Source: Spirochaetia bacterium (lineage in GTDB: Bacteria > Spirochaetota > Spirochaetia > CAKZLE01). Taken from it: 64,000 nt of DNA. A model generated the notes under the pieces. That model was not told where the DNA came from, ran no database searches, and saw nothing but the letters and a program-made list of their open reading frames with translations. Location: the NCBI GenBank assembly GCA_963677595.1, contig OY782041.1, positions 3,392,001-3,456,000 on the forward strand, in the 5' to 3' direction. The translations under genes were made by a program, and so were the position numbers. Positions 19,626-28,769 of the stretch are shown here, piece after piece (position 1 is the first letter of the stretch; every line of letters begins with the position of its first letter).

Positions 19626-21412
19626 AGTTCACCTCCGCCGATTGAGGAGTCGATCCTGATGAGGGCTCCGCCTTCGGACCCATTCCCGAGCGTCATCGAC
19701 AGGCTGCCGCGGTACTGCAGCTTGAGCCTGATGTAGATGTTGAGGATAGCCTGGTCGTTGGTCTTGAGCTCCTGGTAGTCTTTGCCTCGGCTGAAGATCT
19801 CATCGACGGTACGCAGCCCTTCCTGGAGACCTGAGAGCTTCTCCTCGGTGAAGCCTCCCCCGTTGTCCCGCAGGGTAAGGTCCCAGGCAGGGGCAGCTGC
19901 AGATACGGTGACATCGATCCGGTAGGGAGGCAGGGTCTGCCTGAACCCGTGGTTGAAGGAGTTCTCGATCAGGGGCTGCAGGATCAGTTTTGGTACCGGG
20001 ACCTGTGCGAGGTCTCCTTCACTGGTAATGGTAAATTCGAAGTCCTGTTCGAACCGCCACTTCATGAAGTCCATGTAGAGCTCAATATTGTCAACCTCAT
20101 CCTGGAGCGTGGTCGCGCCCTTCTCAGTGGTACTGCTGGTATAGCGGAAGAGGTTGCTCAGCTGTGCGCACATGACCGGGACGGTAGCACTCCCTTCTTC
20201 CATCCCGATCGAGCTGATCGCCGTGAGGGAATTGAAGAGGAAATGGGGGTTGATCTTGGCCTGCAGGTTCATGATTCGCAGGTTGAGCTCGGTCTCATGG
20301 GCGAGCATGAGCTCATCAACAGACTCCCTGAGCCTGCCGATCAGACGTATGAACGCCGATTGGATGACTGAGACCTCCTTGACGGGGTACTCGTGGAAAC
20401 GGGGTTCCCCCTGGTCCAGGGAGTAGCCGTCGATCTCATCCACCAGTTTCGAGATCGGCCGGGTGACGGCGTTCACGATGAGGATGATCACGAAGAAGAC
20501 GAGGAGCGTCAGGGCACTGATCACGAGGATGAGGTTCCGAATGAACTGCCTGAGTGGGTCTGAGAAGTACTTCTCCTCCTGGAGGAGCACGACCTCCCAA
20601 GGTGCCCAGCCCAGGGAAGCCTTGGCCATCCGGTAGCGCTCCCCGTCGATCTCGATCGATTCATCGGGGGATGAGAGAACATCCTGGAGGTTCTCCCCGA
20701 TGAGCGTTTCCTCCGCTGCGGGGTAGACCAGGGACCCAGCATGGTCGAGGATGATGATGCGGCCCACGGTTTCAGGGACACCGTTCTCACAGATCTTCAC
20801 GATCTTCGCATAGTCCTCCTCGATCTCGATGGTGCCGAGTTGGGAGAATCCGTAATCACTGGCGACGTAGGGCCGGTAGAGGGAGACGACCTGCTTCCTG
20901 TTGATCGTATCCCAGTAGCTCGTATGGGGAGGGAGGACACGGTAGAACTCGTCTGCGGAGATCTCATCCCAGGCAGGGAGGGAAGAGACCTGCCTCACCC
21001 GGCTTACGCTGGGGTTGAACCGGAGCCCGAGATAGTCGGAGTCATTGAAGATACTGATGTTGTAGATTCGCGATTTCGGGGAGTTGAAGGCCCACAGGAT
21101 ATCCTGGGCGGTCCTCATCTCCGTGATGTGGCGGTCGAAGTAGTTTAGCTCATCATCGGACTCTGAAGCCTCGAGGAAGATCCCCTGCAGGGTCTCACTG
21201 GAGAGGAGCTGGGTGGAGAGGGTATCCATCTCCTCGAAGATCCCGTCTATCTGCTGTGCGACATCCTCGGTCGCCTGCCGGAACAGCAGTTCCGAGCGCT
21301 CCCGGATCTCCCCGGCATAGAACCGGTAGATCATGAAGGTGACAACGATGATCACCAGGAGCAGGTAGGCGAAGATCATCAGGATCAGTCTTGAACGTAT
21401 TCGTGTCAGCAT
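19622..21412 (-). CDS. Sensor histidine kinase, YesM-like
   Basis: 2 TM helices, HAMP, LQAKINPHFLFNSL, ILQPLIENS..HG and DNGGG. Confidence 0.92.
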   Translation of the reverse strand: MLTRIRSRLILMIFAYLLLVIIVVTFMIYRFYAGEIRERSELLFRQATEDVAQQIDGIFEEMDTLSTQLLSSETLQGIFLEASESDDELNYFDRHITEMRTAQDILWAFNSPKSRIYNISIFNDSDYLGLRFNPSVSRVRQVSSLPAWDEISADEFYRVLPPHTSYWDTINRKQVVSLYRPYVASDYGFSQLGTIEIEEDYAKIVKICENGVPETVGRIIILDHAGSLVYPAAEETLIGENLQDVLSSPDESIEIDGERYRMAKASLGWAPWEVVLLQEEKYFSDPLRQFIRNLILVISALTLLVFFVIILIVNAVTRPISKLVDEIDGYSLDQGEPRFHEYPVKEVSVIQSAFIRLIGRLRESVDELMLAHETELNLRIMNLQAKINPHFLFNSLTAISSIGMEEGSATVPVMCAQLSNLFRYTSSTTEKGATTLQDEVDNIELYMDFMKWRFEQDFEFTITSEGDLAQVPVPKLILQPLIENSFNHGFRQTLPPYRIDVTVSAAAPAWDLTLRDNGGGFTEEKLSGLQEGLRTVDEIFSRGKDYQELKTNDQAILNIYIRLKLQYRGSLSMTLGNGSEGGALIRIDSSIGGGEL

Positions 21413-21425
21413 GGCTATGATTCTA

Positions 21426-22241
21426 TCAGCTCTTCACTGCCCCGGCAATCATTCCCGAGACGATGTACTTCTGGCCGAGCACGTAGATGACGAGCAGGGG
21501 TAGTACGGTGATCACGACATCGGCGAAGATCAGGTTCCAGGAGGAGGAGTGTGCCCCGTAGAAGTTGTAGACGGTGAGGGGAAGACCCCACTTGTCGCTG
21601 TTGGCGAAGTAGAGGGGGATCTGGATCTCGTTCCAGCTCCCGACGAAGTTGAAGAGCGCGAGGGTGATCGTGACGGGCTTCATGAGGGGGAAGACGATGA
21701 GGTAGAACATCCTCAGCAGGGAGCAGCCGTCGATGATCGCTGCCTCGTCAAGGGCCCTCGGCACGGTCTTTATGAACCCGGTGAAGAGGAAGATCGACAT
21801 CGGCAGCCCGAAGGTCGCGTTGATGAGGATCAGCCCCGCATAGGTGTTTAACAGGTCCATGCTGTTGAGTACGAGGTAGGTCGGGATGAAGGCTATGGGG
21901 ATGACCAGGCCGCTGAGGAAGATGTAGTAGAGGACACTTGTCGACTTCCTGCTCGAACGGGCGATGATGAAGGCTGCCAAAGAAGCTGCGGCGAGGATGA
22001 TGATGCCCGACCCGATGGAGACGATCATACCGTTGAAGAACCCGCGGAAGACCTTCGCCGTCTTGAGCACCTCGAGGTAGTTGGAGAACATCCACTCCTC
22101 CGGCAGGGAGATGCTGAAGAAGCCCGCGGCCTTCCTGCTCTTCAGGGAGTTGACGAGTACCATGTACATCGGGACGAGGAAGACCAGCCCTGCCAGTACG
22201 GCAGCCAGGCGTTCCGTAAGTCTCTCTAAGGTTCTTCTCAC
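21426..22241 (-). CDS. Carbohydrate ABC transporter permease (MalG-like)
   Basis: EAAIIDG EAA loop and terminal GAVKS. Confidence 0.92.
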   Translation of the reverse strand: MRRTLERLTERLAAVLAGLVFLVPMYMVLVNSLKSRKAAGFFSISLPEEWMFSNYLEVLKTAKVFRGFFNGMIVSIGSGIIILAAASLAAFIIARSSRKSTSVLYYIFLSGLVIPIAFIPTYLVLNSMDLLNTYAGLILINATFGLPMSIFLFTGFIKTVPRALDEAAIIDGCSLLRMFYLIVFPLMKPVTITLALFNFVGSWNEIQIPLYFANSDKWGLPLTVYNFYGAHSSSWNLIFADVVITVLPLLVIYVLGQKYIVSGMIAGAVKS

Positions 22242-23119
22242 AGCTGGATCTCCTTCTTCCTCAGGTACCCGACGATGCCGAAGGTCATGATGACGATGAG
22301 CAGGGTCATGAAGAGCCCTACCGCGGCGGAATACCCGAGGTAGCCGTTGCCGTAGCTCTTGTAGAGATAGGTCCCGAGGACCTGTGTCTTGTCTGCAGGT
22401 CCCCCGTTGGTGGTCCCGTAGACCTGGGCGAAGACCCGGATCCCGCTGATGATCGAGAGCATAAGGGTCACGTTGATCGACTGGATGATCAGCGGCAGGG
22501 TGATGTGCCGCAGCTGCTGCAGGCGGGAAGCCCCGTCGATTCTGGCCGCCTCGTAGAACTCAGCCGGTATGGACTGGAGGCCTGCAAGGAAAATCGCCAT
22601 GGAGAAACCGGTCTGCTGCCAGATCTCCATGAAGCTGATCGAGTTGAGCGAGAACCGGGTGTTGAAGAGCCAGTCCTGCTTTAGCCCCCCGAGATGCAGG
22701 AACTCGAGGAAGCTGTTGAGCAGCCCGTGGGTCGGGTTGTAGATAGACACGAAGATGATCGCCAGCACCAGGGTGCTGATGGTGATCGGCATGAAGATGA
22801 TCGCCCTGACCAGGGTATTGAACCGGGAGGGCTTGAGTACCAGCAGGGCCAGGAGAAAGCCGATGACATTCTTGCCGATGACCGTCAGGAAGGCGAAATG
22901 GAAGGTGTTCCTGACCGACAGCCAGAAGTTCTTCTCACTAAAGAGCGTCCTGAAGTTCTCCAGGCCGTTGAACCTTATGTCATCGAAGTAGAATATGGTC
23001 CAGTCGGTGAAGCCGAGGCCGAGCCCGGCAACGTTCGGCAGGATGAAGAACAGGGCAAAGAGCCCCACGGCCGGCAGGGTATACCACAGGCTGTAATAGG
23101 TATGATGTGGAATCTTCAT
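22238..23119 (-). CDS. Carbohydrate ABC transporter permease (MalF-like)
   Basis: GLENF, AGLQSIP..YEAARIDGA and TNGGP. Confidence 0.92.
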   Translation of the reverse strand: MKIPHHTYYSLWYTLPAVGLFALFFILPNVAGLGLGFTDWTIFYFDDIRFNGLENFRTLFSEKNFWLSVRNTFHFAFLTVIGKNVIGFLLALLVLKPSRFNTLVRAIIFMPITISTLVLAIIFVSIYNPTHGLLNSFLEFLHLGGLKQDWLFNTRFSLNSISFMEIWQQTGFSMAIFLAGLQSIPAEFYEAARIDGASRLQQLRHITLPLIIQSINVTLMLSIISGIRVFAQVYGTTNGGPADKTQVLGTYLYKSYGNGYLGYSAAVGLFMTLLIVIMTFGIVGYLRKKEIQL

Positions 23120-23154
23120 AGGGTTTGCGTACCTTCAGGGGCTGTCATGGGCGG

Positions 23155-23191
23155 CTGTCTTGCCGGCTGCTGTTTGCAGCTGACAAGACAG
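23155..23191 (-). terminator. Stem-loop downstream of the ABC binding-protein gene
   Basis: CTGTCTTGCCGGCTGC-N5-GCAGCTGACAAGACAG imperfect inverted repeat. Confidence 0.55.
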
Positions 23192-23208
23192 ATCTTACTG
23201 TGAGTGTA

Positions 23209-24513
23209 CTAGAATCCCTGAACCCGTCGGGCCTTCGCATCCGATGCATAGGCTCCGTACCAGCTCTCCAGGGTCTCCTCGACGCTCAGGCCGGCATAGA
23301 GTGCCTGGATCTGCTCGTTGAACTTGCCGTAGAACGCTTCGAGCGGGGTCGCACCGTCATAGCTGTTGTTGTTGAAGGTGCTGTAGGAGGCGAGGTCAAG
23401 AGAGTACCCCTTCATCTCGGCATTGAGCGGGCTCATCGTAAGGTCGAACCCGAGATCGGTGTAGGGGACCGCACCCGGTACCAGTTCGTAGTAGGTGGTG
23501 AGCGGTTCCTTGGTCAGCATGGTGTCGATGAACTCCCGAGCGAGGTCTACGTTGTCGCTGTTCTTGACAGCCGAGAGGTAGTTCGTTGCCGTGCCAAAGA
23601 GGACCATGCCGTTAGCCGCGTCATCCCAGAGCGGGGTGTAGGTCATGCCGATCTTGTCGATGCTCTCCGGGTAGAACTCAGCGATGGTGCCGTAGGCGCT
23701 GTCAAGCATGGCATAGAATGCGCATTCGCCATTCGCCAGGGCTTCGAGGGCCATGTCGTTGGTCGCTGACATATAGTCGGGGTTGACCAGCCCGAGGTCG
23801 AGCAGGGACTTGGCATTCGCGAAGAGGTCCACGAGTTCCGGGATGTCGGTCGGGTCGAGGGTGTTGGTGATGATGCCGTCGATATAGGAGGGGTTATCCG
23901 CAAAGATCGGGGTCATGGAGGTCAGCAGCAGGATCTGTGCTGTCCAGACTTCCTTGTTGGAGAGGTAGACCGGAGTGTAGCCTGCAGCCTTGATCTTCTT
24001 CAGGGCTGCGATGAACTCGCTGTAATTGGAGAGCGGGAGGCTCACGCCTGAGGCAGCGAGCACGTCCTTGTTGTAGAGGAGTCCCATGTTGGACTCACCG
24101 CCGAGCGGGGCCTTCAGGACGTTCCCGTTCTCATCAATGGTGAGGGGACGTGTCGTATTGGTGATCTTGTCGACCCATGGACCGGTCAGCGGGGCGAGGT
24201 GCCCTGCGGAGATGTCAGTGAGACCGAAGTTATGGACGATGAGGTCGGCGGCATTGTCGGTGATCAGCCTGGTATTGGCTACATTGAGCATCTGGTCATC
24301 GGGGATGACGTCATATTCGAGGTCGACTCCCATCACGGAAGCGGCCTTGTCGAGCGCCTTCTTGATATTTCCCGGGCCTGCATCACCTGAACTCATCAGG
24401 ACCCTGAGGATCTGCGGCTCAGCGGCTTTCGTGCTCTCCTCCGAGGCCCCGGCCGCACTCAGTCCCGTGATCAGGACAGCGATGAATACCAGCATACAAA
24501 CAGTCTTCTTCAT
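23209..24513 (-). CDS. Sugar ABC transporter substrate-binding protein
   Basis: Signal peptide and LLYNKDVLAASG SBP_bac_1/8 motif. First gene of the ABC operon. Confidence 0.88.
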   Translation of the reverse strand: MKKTVCMLVFIAVLITGLSAAGASEESTKAAEPQILRVLMSSGDAGPGNIKKALDKAASVMGVDLEYDVIPDDQMLNVANTRLITDNAADLIVHNFGLTDISAGHLAPLTGPWVDKITNTTRPLTIDENGNVLKAPLGGESNMGLLYNKDVLAASGVSLPLSNYSEFIAALKKIKAAGYTPVYLSNKEVWTAQILLLTSMTPIFADNPSYIDGIITNTLDPTDIPELVDLFANAKSLLDLGLVNPDYMSATNDMALEALANGECAFYAMLDSAYGTIAEFYPESIDKIGMTYTPLWDDAANGMVLFGTATNYLSAVKNSDNVDLAREFIDTMLTKEPLTTYYELVPGAVPYTDLGFDLTMSPLNAEMKGYSLDLASYSTFNNNSYDGATPLEAFYGKFNEQIQALYAGLSVEETLESWYGAYASDAKARRVQGF

Positions 24514-24646
24514 GTTTCACTCCTTTAGCCGGTGCAGGGACTCCCCCCTCTCCGGTCTTATGATACTGTATTATCAGGGGAGTTTCATGAGGCGTGAATG
24601 GATTATTCTTTGAAGATCACTGGATTATTCTTTCAAGGAGTCGTCC

Positions 24647-26125
24647 CTACAGTACCTGGTGGTCTTCCTCCACGGGGCCGTCCAGGGCCTCGAGCGTGAT
24701 ATCGACGATGTTGATCGAGGCGCTTTCCACGTAGAATCCCAGCAGGTCCTGCATGTAGTAGCTGGTCTCCACATACCGCAGGACGACCTTACCGTTGACC
24801 GACAGTTCGACATAGCCGCCGAAGGCGATGACCTCCACGGTGCTGAACTTGCCTGAACAGGCTTCGAACTTGTTATCCTGGATGGTGCGGTAGCGGTATG
24901 AGTTCTCGATGCCGCCCTGTTCGTTGAAGCCCCAGATGCGGCCCTGGGCGAACCCGTGGATCATGTCGAGGCTGATGTAGTGTGCATTGGCCTCCCCGTC
25001 AGATCGGAAGACCACCCCCATCTTCCCCAGGCCGGCCATCCCCATGGTGAAGCGCAGCCGGAAGTCAGTCACCCTGCTGCCGAGGAGGAAGATCTCGTAG
25101 CCGCTGTCCGAGGAGAAGGTCATGCCCCTGTCATGGAATTCCACGGAAGCCGTGGGGTTGTCCAGGAGCTGGCTTACCTCACGCAGGGGGGCAGGAGCGA
25201 GGGTCTCCTGGACTTTGTCATCGAACTTGCGGTAGGAGGTGAGGTAGAGCTCTCCCTCCTCGTCCGTGCACAGCTCGGTAGGCGGGGGGAGGATGGTGGA
25301 CCGGCGGCTCTCATCGCGGTCAGTGAAGAAGTTCCAGGCAAGCAGGCTCCCGTCATCCTCCCTGGTCACTCGCAGTGCATAATTGCCCTTTGGCATGAGG
25401 ACGTTGGAGGCATAGGATTCATAGGGACCGTTGAGGACATCGGACTGCCAGTAGTGGATCTTGATATCCTCCTTGATGTTGCCGAAGAGGTAGTACCGGC
25501 CATTGATCCTATGCAGGCCCGGTACCTCGATATCATCATACATCCTCGGGTAGAAGAGGGGAGCCTCCCAGGAAAGATGCCCTTCTTCCCGCTCCCTGGC
25601 GATACCGACACAACCCCTGCGGGCAACAGGTCCGGATGGCACCCGTGCATCCACGAGCAGGAACTGCTCGTCCCCTTCCTTGAAGAAGAAGGGGTCCCGG
25701 CAGCTCACCCAGTGACGGCCCTCCTCGACGGTTGACTCATAGTATGGACCCGAAATCGAGAGGGGACAGCATGCCCCGGACTCCTTCTCCCAGCTGTAGA
25801 GGTCCTGCGAGCGTGCCATCCCGAGACGCTGGACCCTGCCTCCCTCCTTACGGGAGAGCCCGGTGTAGAACATCCTGAACCAGCCTTCCCGGTAGGGATC
25901 CCGGCTGACATGCATCGTCCAGACCATGTCGTCATCCCATGCCCCCGGTTCTCCGATGAAGAGGGCGTTCTTCACCCGTCTCCAGAGGAACCCGTCCCTG
26001 CTCACCGCATGGGCGATGTAGTCGTGGTTGGGAAGCACGAGATGAAAGAGATGGTAATACCCATCATGCCTGAATACGTCGATGTCGCCGAGTTCTGATA
26101 CTTCGAATCCCTTTCCTGAATACAT
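24647..26125 (-). CDS. GH32-like five-bladed beta-propeller glycosidase
   Basis: GDIDV..YHLFHL..HAVS.D, RDPF and EVP catalytic-like motifs, plus a C-terminal beta-sandwich. Confidence 0.78.
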   Translation of the reverse strand: MYSGKGFEVSELGDIDVFRHDGYYHLFHLVLPNHDYIAHAVSRDGFLWRRVKNALFIGEPGAWDDDMVWTMHVSRDPYREGWFRMFYTGLSRKEGGRVQRLGMARSQDLYSWEKESGACCPLSISGPYYESTVEEGRHWVSCRDPFFFKEGDEQFLLVDARVPSGPVARRGCVGIAREREEGHLSWEAPLFYPRMYDDIEVPGLHRINGRYYLFGNIKEDIKIHYWQSDVLNGPYESYASNVLMPKGNYALRVTREDDGSLLAWNFFTDRDESRRSTILPPPTELCTDEEGELYLTSYRKFDDKVQETLAPAPLREVSQLLDNPTASVEFHDRGMTFSSDSGYEIFLLGSRVTDFRLRFTMGMAGLGKMGVVFRSDGEANAHYISLDMIHGFAQGRIWGFNEQGGIENSYRYRTIQDNKFEACSGKFSTVEVIAFGGYVELSVNGKVVLRYVETSYYMQDLLGFYVESASINIVDITLEALDGPVEEDHQVL

Positions 26126-26232
26126 TCGCTCTCCTCATGTCCTATCAGTTGTAGAAATATCTCTTTATACAACCTTACCACAGCGAGAGGGGGTCTGTAA
26201 AATGGATTACCACCCTGGTCAGCTTTCGGCTG

Positions 26233-26949
26233 TTAGCCGAAGAAGCGCACCCAGAGGTGGGAGAAGGGCATGATGAGCACCAGCGACGGCAGCATGGCCA
26301 CCACGGGGAAGGGCTTGATCCCGCTGATCTTGAAGCCTGTCGCCAGGAGGATCATCCCCCCTGCCGCTGAGAAGTCTGCCAGTATGATATCGTCGGTGAT
26401 CGGGATGAGCAGGGTGGCGGCAAAGAAGAGGGCTGACTGGATGATCAACTGCGGGAGGGCTGCCGTCACGGTGATGATGCCGATCCCGGCGGCGAAGATG
26501 ATCGCCGTGAAGAAGTCGAGGATTGACTTGATCAGGAGCAGGGAGAAATCCCCGCTGATCCCCTCCTCGAGGGCTCCGAAGATGCCGAGGGTGGAGACGC
26601 TGAAGAGGACTGCGACCGCGATGAACTTCTCGAGGTGCTCCTCCTGGGAGTGTTCGTGTGTTGAGTGGGAAGCGATCTTCCCGGTGAGCTGCTGCAGCTT
26701 TCCTGAGATGGAGAGGACCCCCTCCTCAAGGTGGAGCAGCTCCCCGATGATTGTCCCGAAGATGACAGCGATGACCACGGGCGGAAGATTCTGGACCTTC
26801 ATGACCATGGTGATGCCGATAGACAGGGCGATGATGCCGAAGACCATCGGGAGCCGCCTCTTCATCGTCTCCGGGATATGCCTGGCAAGTAGTACCCCGA
26901 ATAAGCTCCCTGATACGATGCCTGCGGTATTGAGTAATGGACCGACCAT
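26233..26949 (-). CDS. DUF554 (YqgA/YdfK) membrane protein
   Basis: GPLLN, G.IIGE.L.LE, LGIFGAL.EG..GD..L.IKSILD and GG.ILLA.G motifs. Confidence 0.88.
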   Translation of the reverse strand: MVGPLLNTAGIVSGSLFGVLLARHIPETMKRRLPMVFGIIALSIGITMVMKVQNLPPVVIAVIFGTIIGELLHLEEGVLSISGKLQQLTGKIASHSTHEHSQEEHLEKFIAVAVLFSVSTLGIFGALEEGISGDFSLLLIKSILDFFTAIIFAAGIGIITVTAALPQLIIQSALFFAATLLIPITDDIILADFSAAGGMILLATGFKISGIKPFPVVAMLPSLVLIMPFSHLWVRFFG

Positions 26950-26969
26950 GTTGTTCTGTTAGCTCCTGC

Positions 26970-27055
26970 AACCTGTATTGATTCCTGACAGCGTACCGGG
27001 TTTAGGGAAGGGGGACAACCCCGGAAGGCGTCACCGAATAGAAAAGGTACAGGTT
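26970..27055 (-). ncRNA. Candidate structured 5' leader of the DUF554 gene (family unrecognised)
   Basis: Nested inverted repeats AACCTGTA/TACAGGTT, TGAC/GTCA and CCGGG/CCCGG, ending just before the GGAG RBS. Confidence 0.4.
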
Positions 27056-27073
27056 TGAAAGGGATAATAGTGC

Positions 27074-27105
27074 TTGACACTCATAGTGTTCCGTACTATC
27101 ACTAT
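27074..27105 (+). promoter_or_regulatory. Sigma70-like promoter of higA with ATAGTG/CACTAT inverted half-sites
   Basis: TTGACA-17-TATCAC. ATAGTG occurs twice and CACTAT once across the promoter. Confidence 0.5.
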
Positions 27106-27120
27106 CGTGTGGAGAAAACT

Positions 27121-27423
27121 ATGGACCCAGATCTGATCGAACTGACTACACCGGGAGAGGTGCTGAAAGAAGACTTTCTCGATCCCATGGGGATCACCCC
27201 CTATGCACTTGCGAAGGCGATCTTCGTCGATCCTCCCAGGATAGCAGCGATCATCCAGGGAAAGAGGCGGATAACTGCAGATACTGCTTTACGTCTGTCC
27301 CGATTCTTCGGCAACTCGGCCACCTTCTGGATGAACATGCAGAGTCGCTATGACCTTGATGTGCAGTCTGAAGCTCTCCGTGAGACATTGCTGCTGATCA
27401 AGCCCATACACAGGACTTCATAG
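27121..27423 (+). CDS. higA: HigA/VapI family antitoxin (orphan)
   Basis: PGEVLKEDFLDPMGIT..LA..I..GKRRITADTALRLSRFFG.S..FWMNMQ..YDL. Confidence 0.9.
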   Translation: MDPDLIELTTPGEVLKEDFLDPMGITPYALAKAIFVDPPRIAAIIQGKRRITADTALRLSRFFGNSATFWMNMQSRYDLDVQSEALRETLLLIKPIHRTS

Positions 27424-27436
27424 GGGGGGGGAGAAC

Positions 27437-28525
27437 TTATGGATGGATCCTGAACCCATCCTTCCCTGACCGCTTCACCTCGTACATCATCTCGTCAGCA
27501 CACTTCCTGAGCTCCTCGAAGGTGGATCCGTGGTCGGGGAAGTAGGAACAGCCGATGCTGATCGTCGTGGAGAACGATCCCTTCTCGAAGGGTATATCTC
27601 GTGATGCGGACCTCAAGATCCTCCTTGAGATCTCACTCAACTCGGCTTCCGGCTTCAGGATGTGGTTGAGGATGACGATGAACTCGTCACCGCCCATCCT
27701 GCTTACTGTATCACCTTCCCGGATGCTCAGCTTGATCCGATGGGAGATCTCCTTGAGGGCCAGGTCCCCGATGTCGTGCCCGTAGGTGTCATTGATCTGC
27801 TTGAAGTTATCGAAGTCTATGAACATGAGCCCTACCATGTCCTCGGTACGCTTCGCCTGGGTGACTGCCACATTCAGCCGGTCCTCGGCGATCCGCTGGG
27901 AGGGGAGCCCTGTCAGCGGGTCGGTGTTCGCAAGCTCCCGGATCACCGCATTCTGCCTGCTCACCTCTTCGGAGAGCGCAGTCAGCCGCCTGACCAGCTG
28001 GGTCATGGCGACGAAGAACAGGGCTGAGGTCGTCAGGGAGGCGATGATGCTCGTACTCCAGGATTGCGGTTTATGTATATAGTCATCGATCTCGGTGGGG
28101 AAGACCAGGGCTCCGCTGACCCAGAGATGGGCATAGAGAGCGGTGATTCCCAGGAAGATGATAGCACTGATGGTGCTGACTCTCAGACTCTGGGTAGTGG
28201 AGACGATGAACAGAGCGCCCATCATGAAGTAGATCCCCCCGCCGACGAGCCCCCACTGGTTGAAGCCTGCGATGCTCAGGAGGAGGAACAGTAGGATCGA
28301 GTAGATGTTGAGCGTCCGGTAGGAGAGCCGCCTGCGGATGAGGAAGAGCACGAAATGGACCACCACGAGGACCAGCTGGATCGCATGAACCATGACGAAT
28401 CCCGTATAGGGGATCCTTGAGAGGGAGAGCGGCATCCCGACGATGACCAGGATGAGGATGATCCTCATGACGCTCTCGGTGAACTTGCTCCGTATATCCT
28501 CGATACTGTTTCTTATTTCAGGCAT
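27437..28525 (-). CDS. Membrane-bound diguanylate cyclase
   Basis: About 6 TM helices, DPLTGL, DFDNFKQINDTYGH, RMGGDEF and an RxxD I-site (REGD). Confidence 0.92.
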   Translation of the reverse strand: MPEIRNSIEDIRSKFTESVMRIILILVIVGMPLSLSRIPYTGFVMVHAIQLVLVVVHFVLFLIRRRLSYRTLNIYSILLFLLLSIAGFNQWGLVGGGIYFMMGALFIVSTTQSLRVSTISAIIFLGITALYAHLWVSGALVFPTEIDDYIHKPQSWSTSIIASLTTSALFFVAMTQLVRRLTALSEEVSRQNAVIRELANTDPLTGLPSQRIAEDRLNVAVTQAKRTEDMVGLMFIDFDNFKQINDTYGHDIGDLALKEISHRIKLSIREGDTVSRMGGDEFIVILNHILKPEAELSEISRRILRSASRDIPFEKGSFSTTISIGCSYFPDHGSTFEELRKCADEMMYEVKRSGKDGFRIHP

Positions 28526-28733
28526 AGATCCCCATTCTATTCATGACATGCAGTGTGAAAACCGATGTAAGGATACGCAGGTGCCTGCAGTATCCCGTTC
28601 CCCTGTTCAATAGTATCATGGAACATGAGAGAAAGGGGAGTAATACGGATGGGAAACTGCCGTTTTTTGTATCGCGGTGTCAGTGACTGTCTGGCCGGAT
28701 CATGTTGAGCCTGAGTGAACGTGAAGAAAACCA

Positions 28734-28763
28734 TTGTCAGCCCCTCAGTGTATACAGTAGAAT
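28734..28763 (+). promoter_or_regulatory. Sigma70-like promoter 6 nt upstream of the ATG (probable leaderless mRNA)
   Basis: TTGTCA-18-TAGAAT-6-ATG, with no SD. Confidence 0.55.
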
Positions 28764-28769
28764 AGTCCT

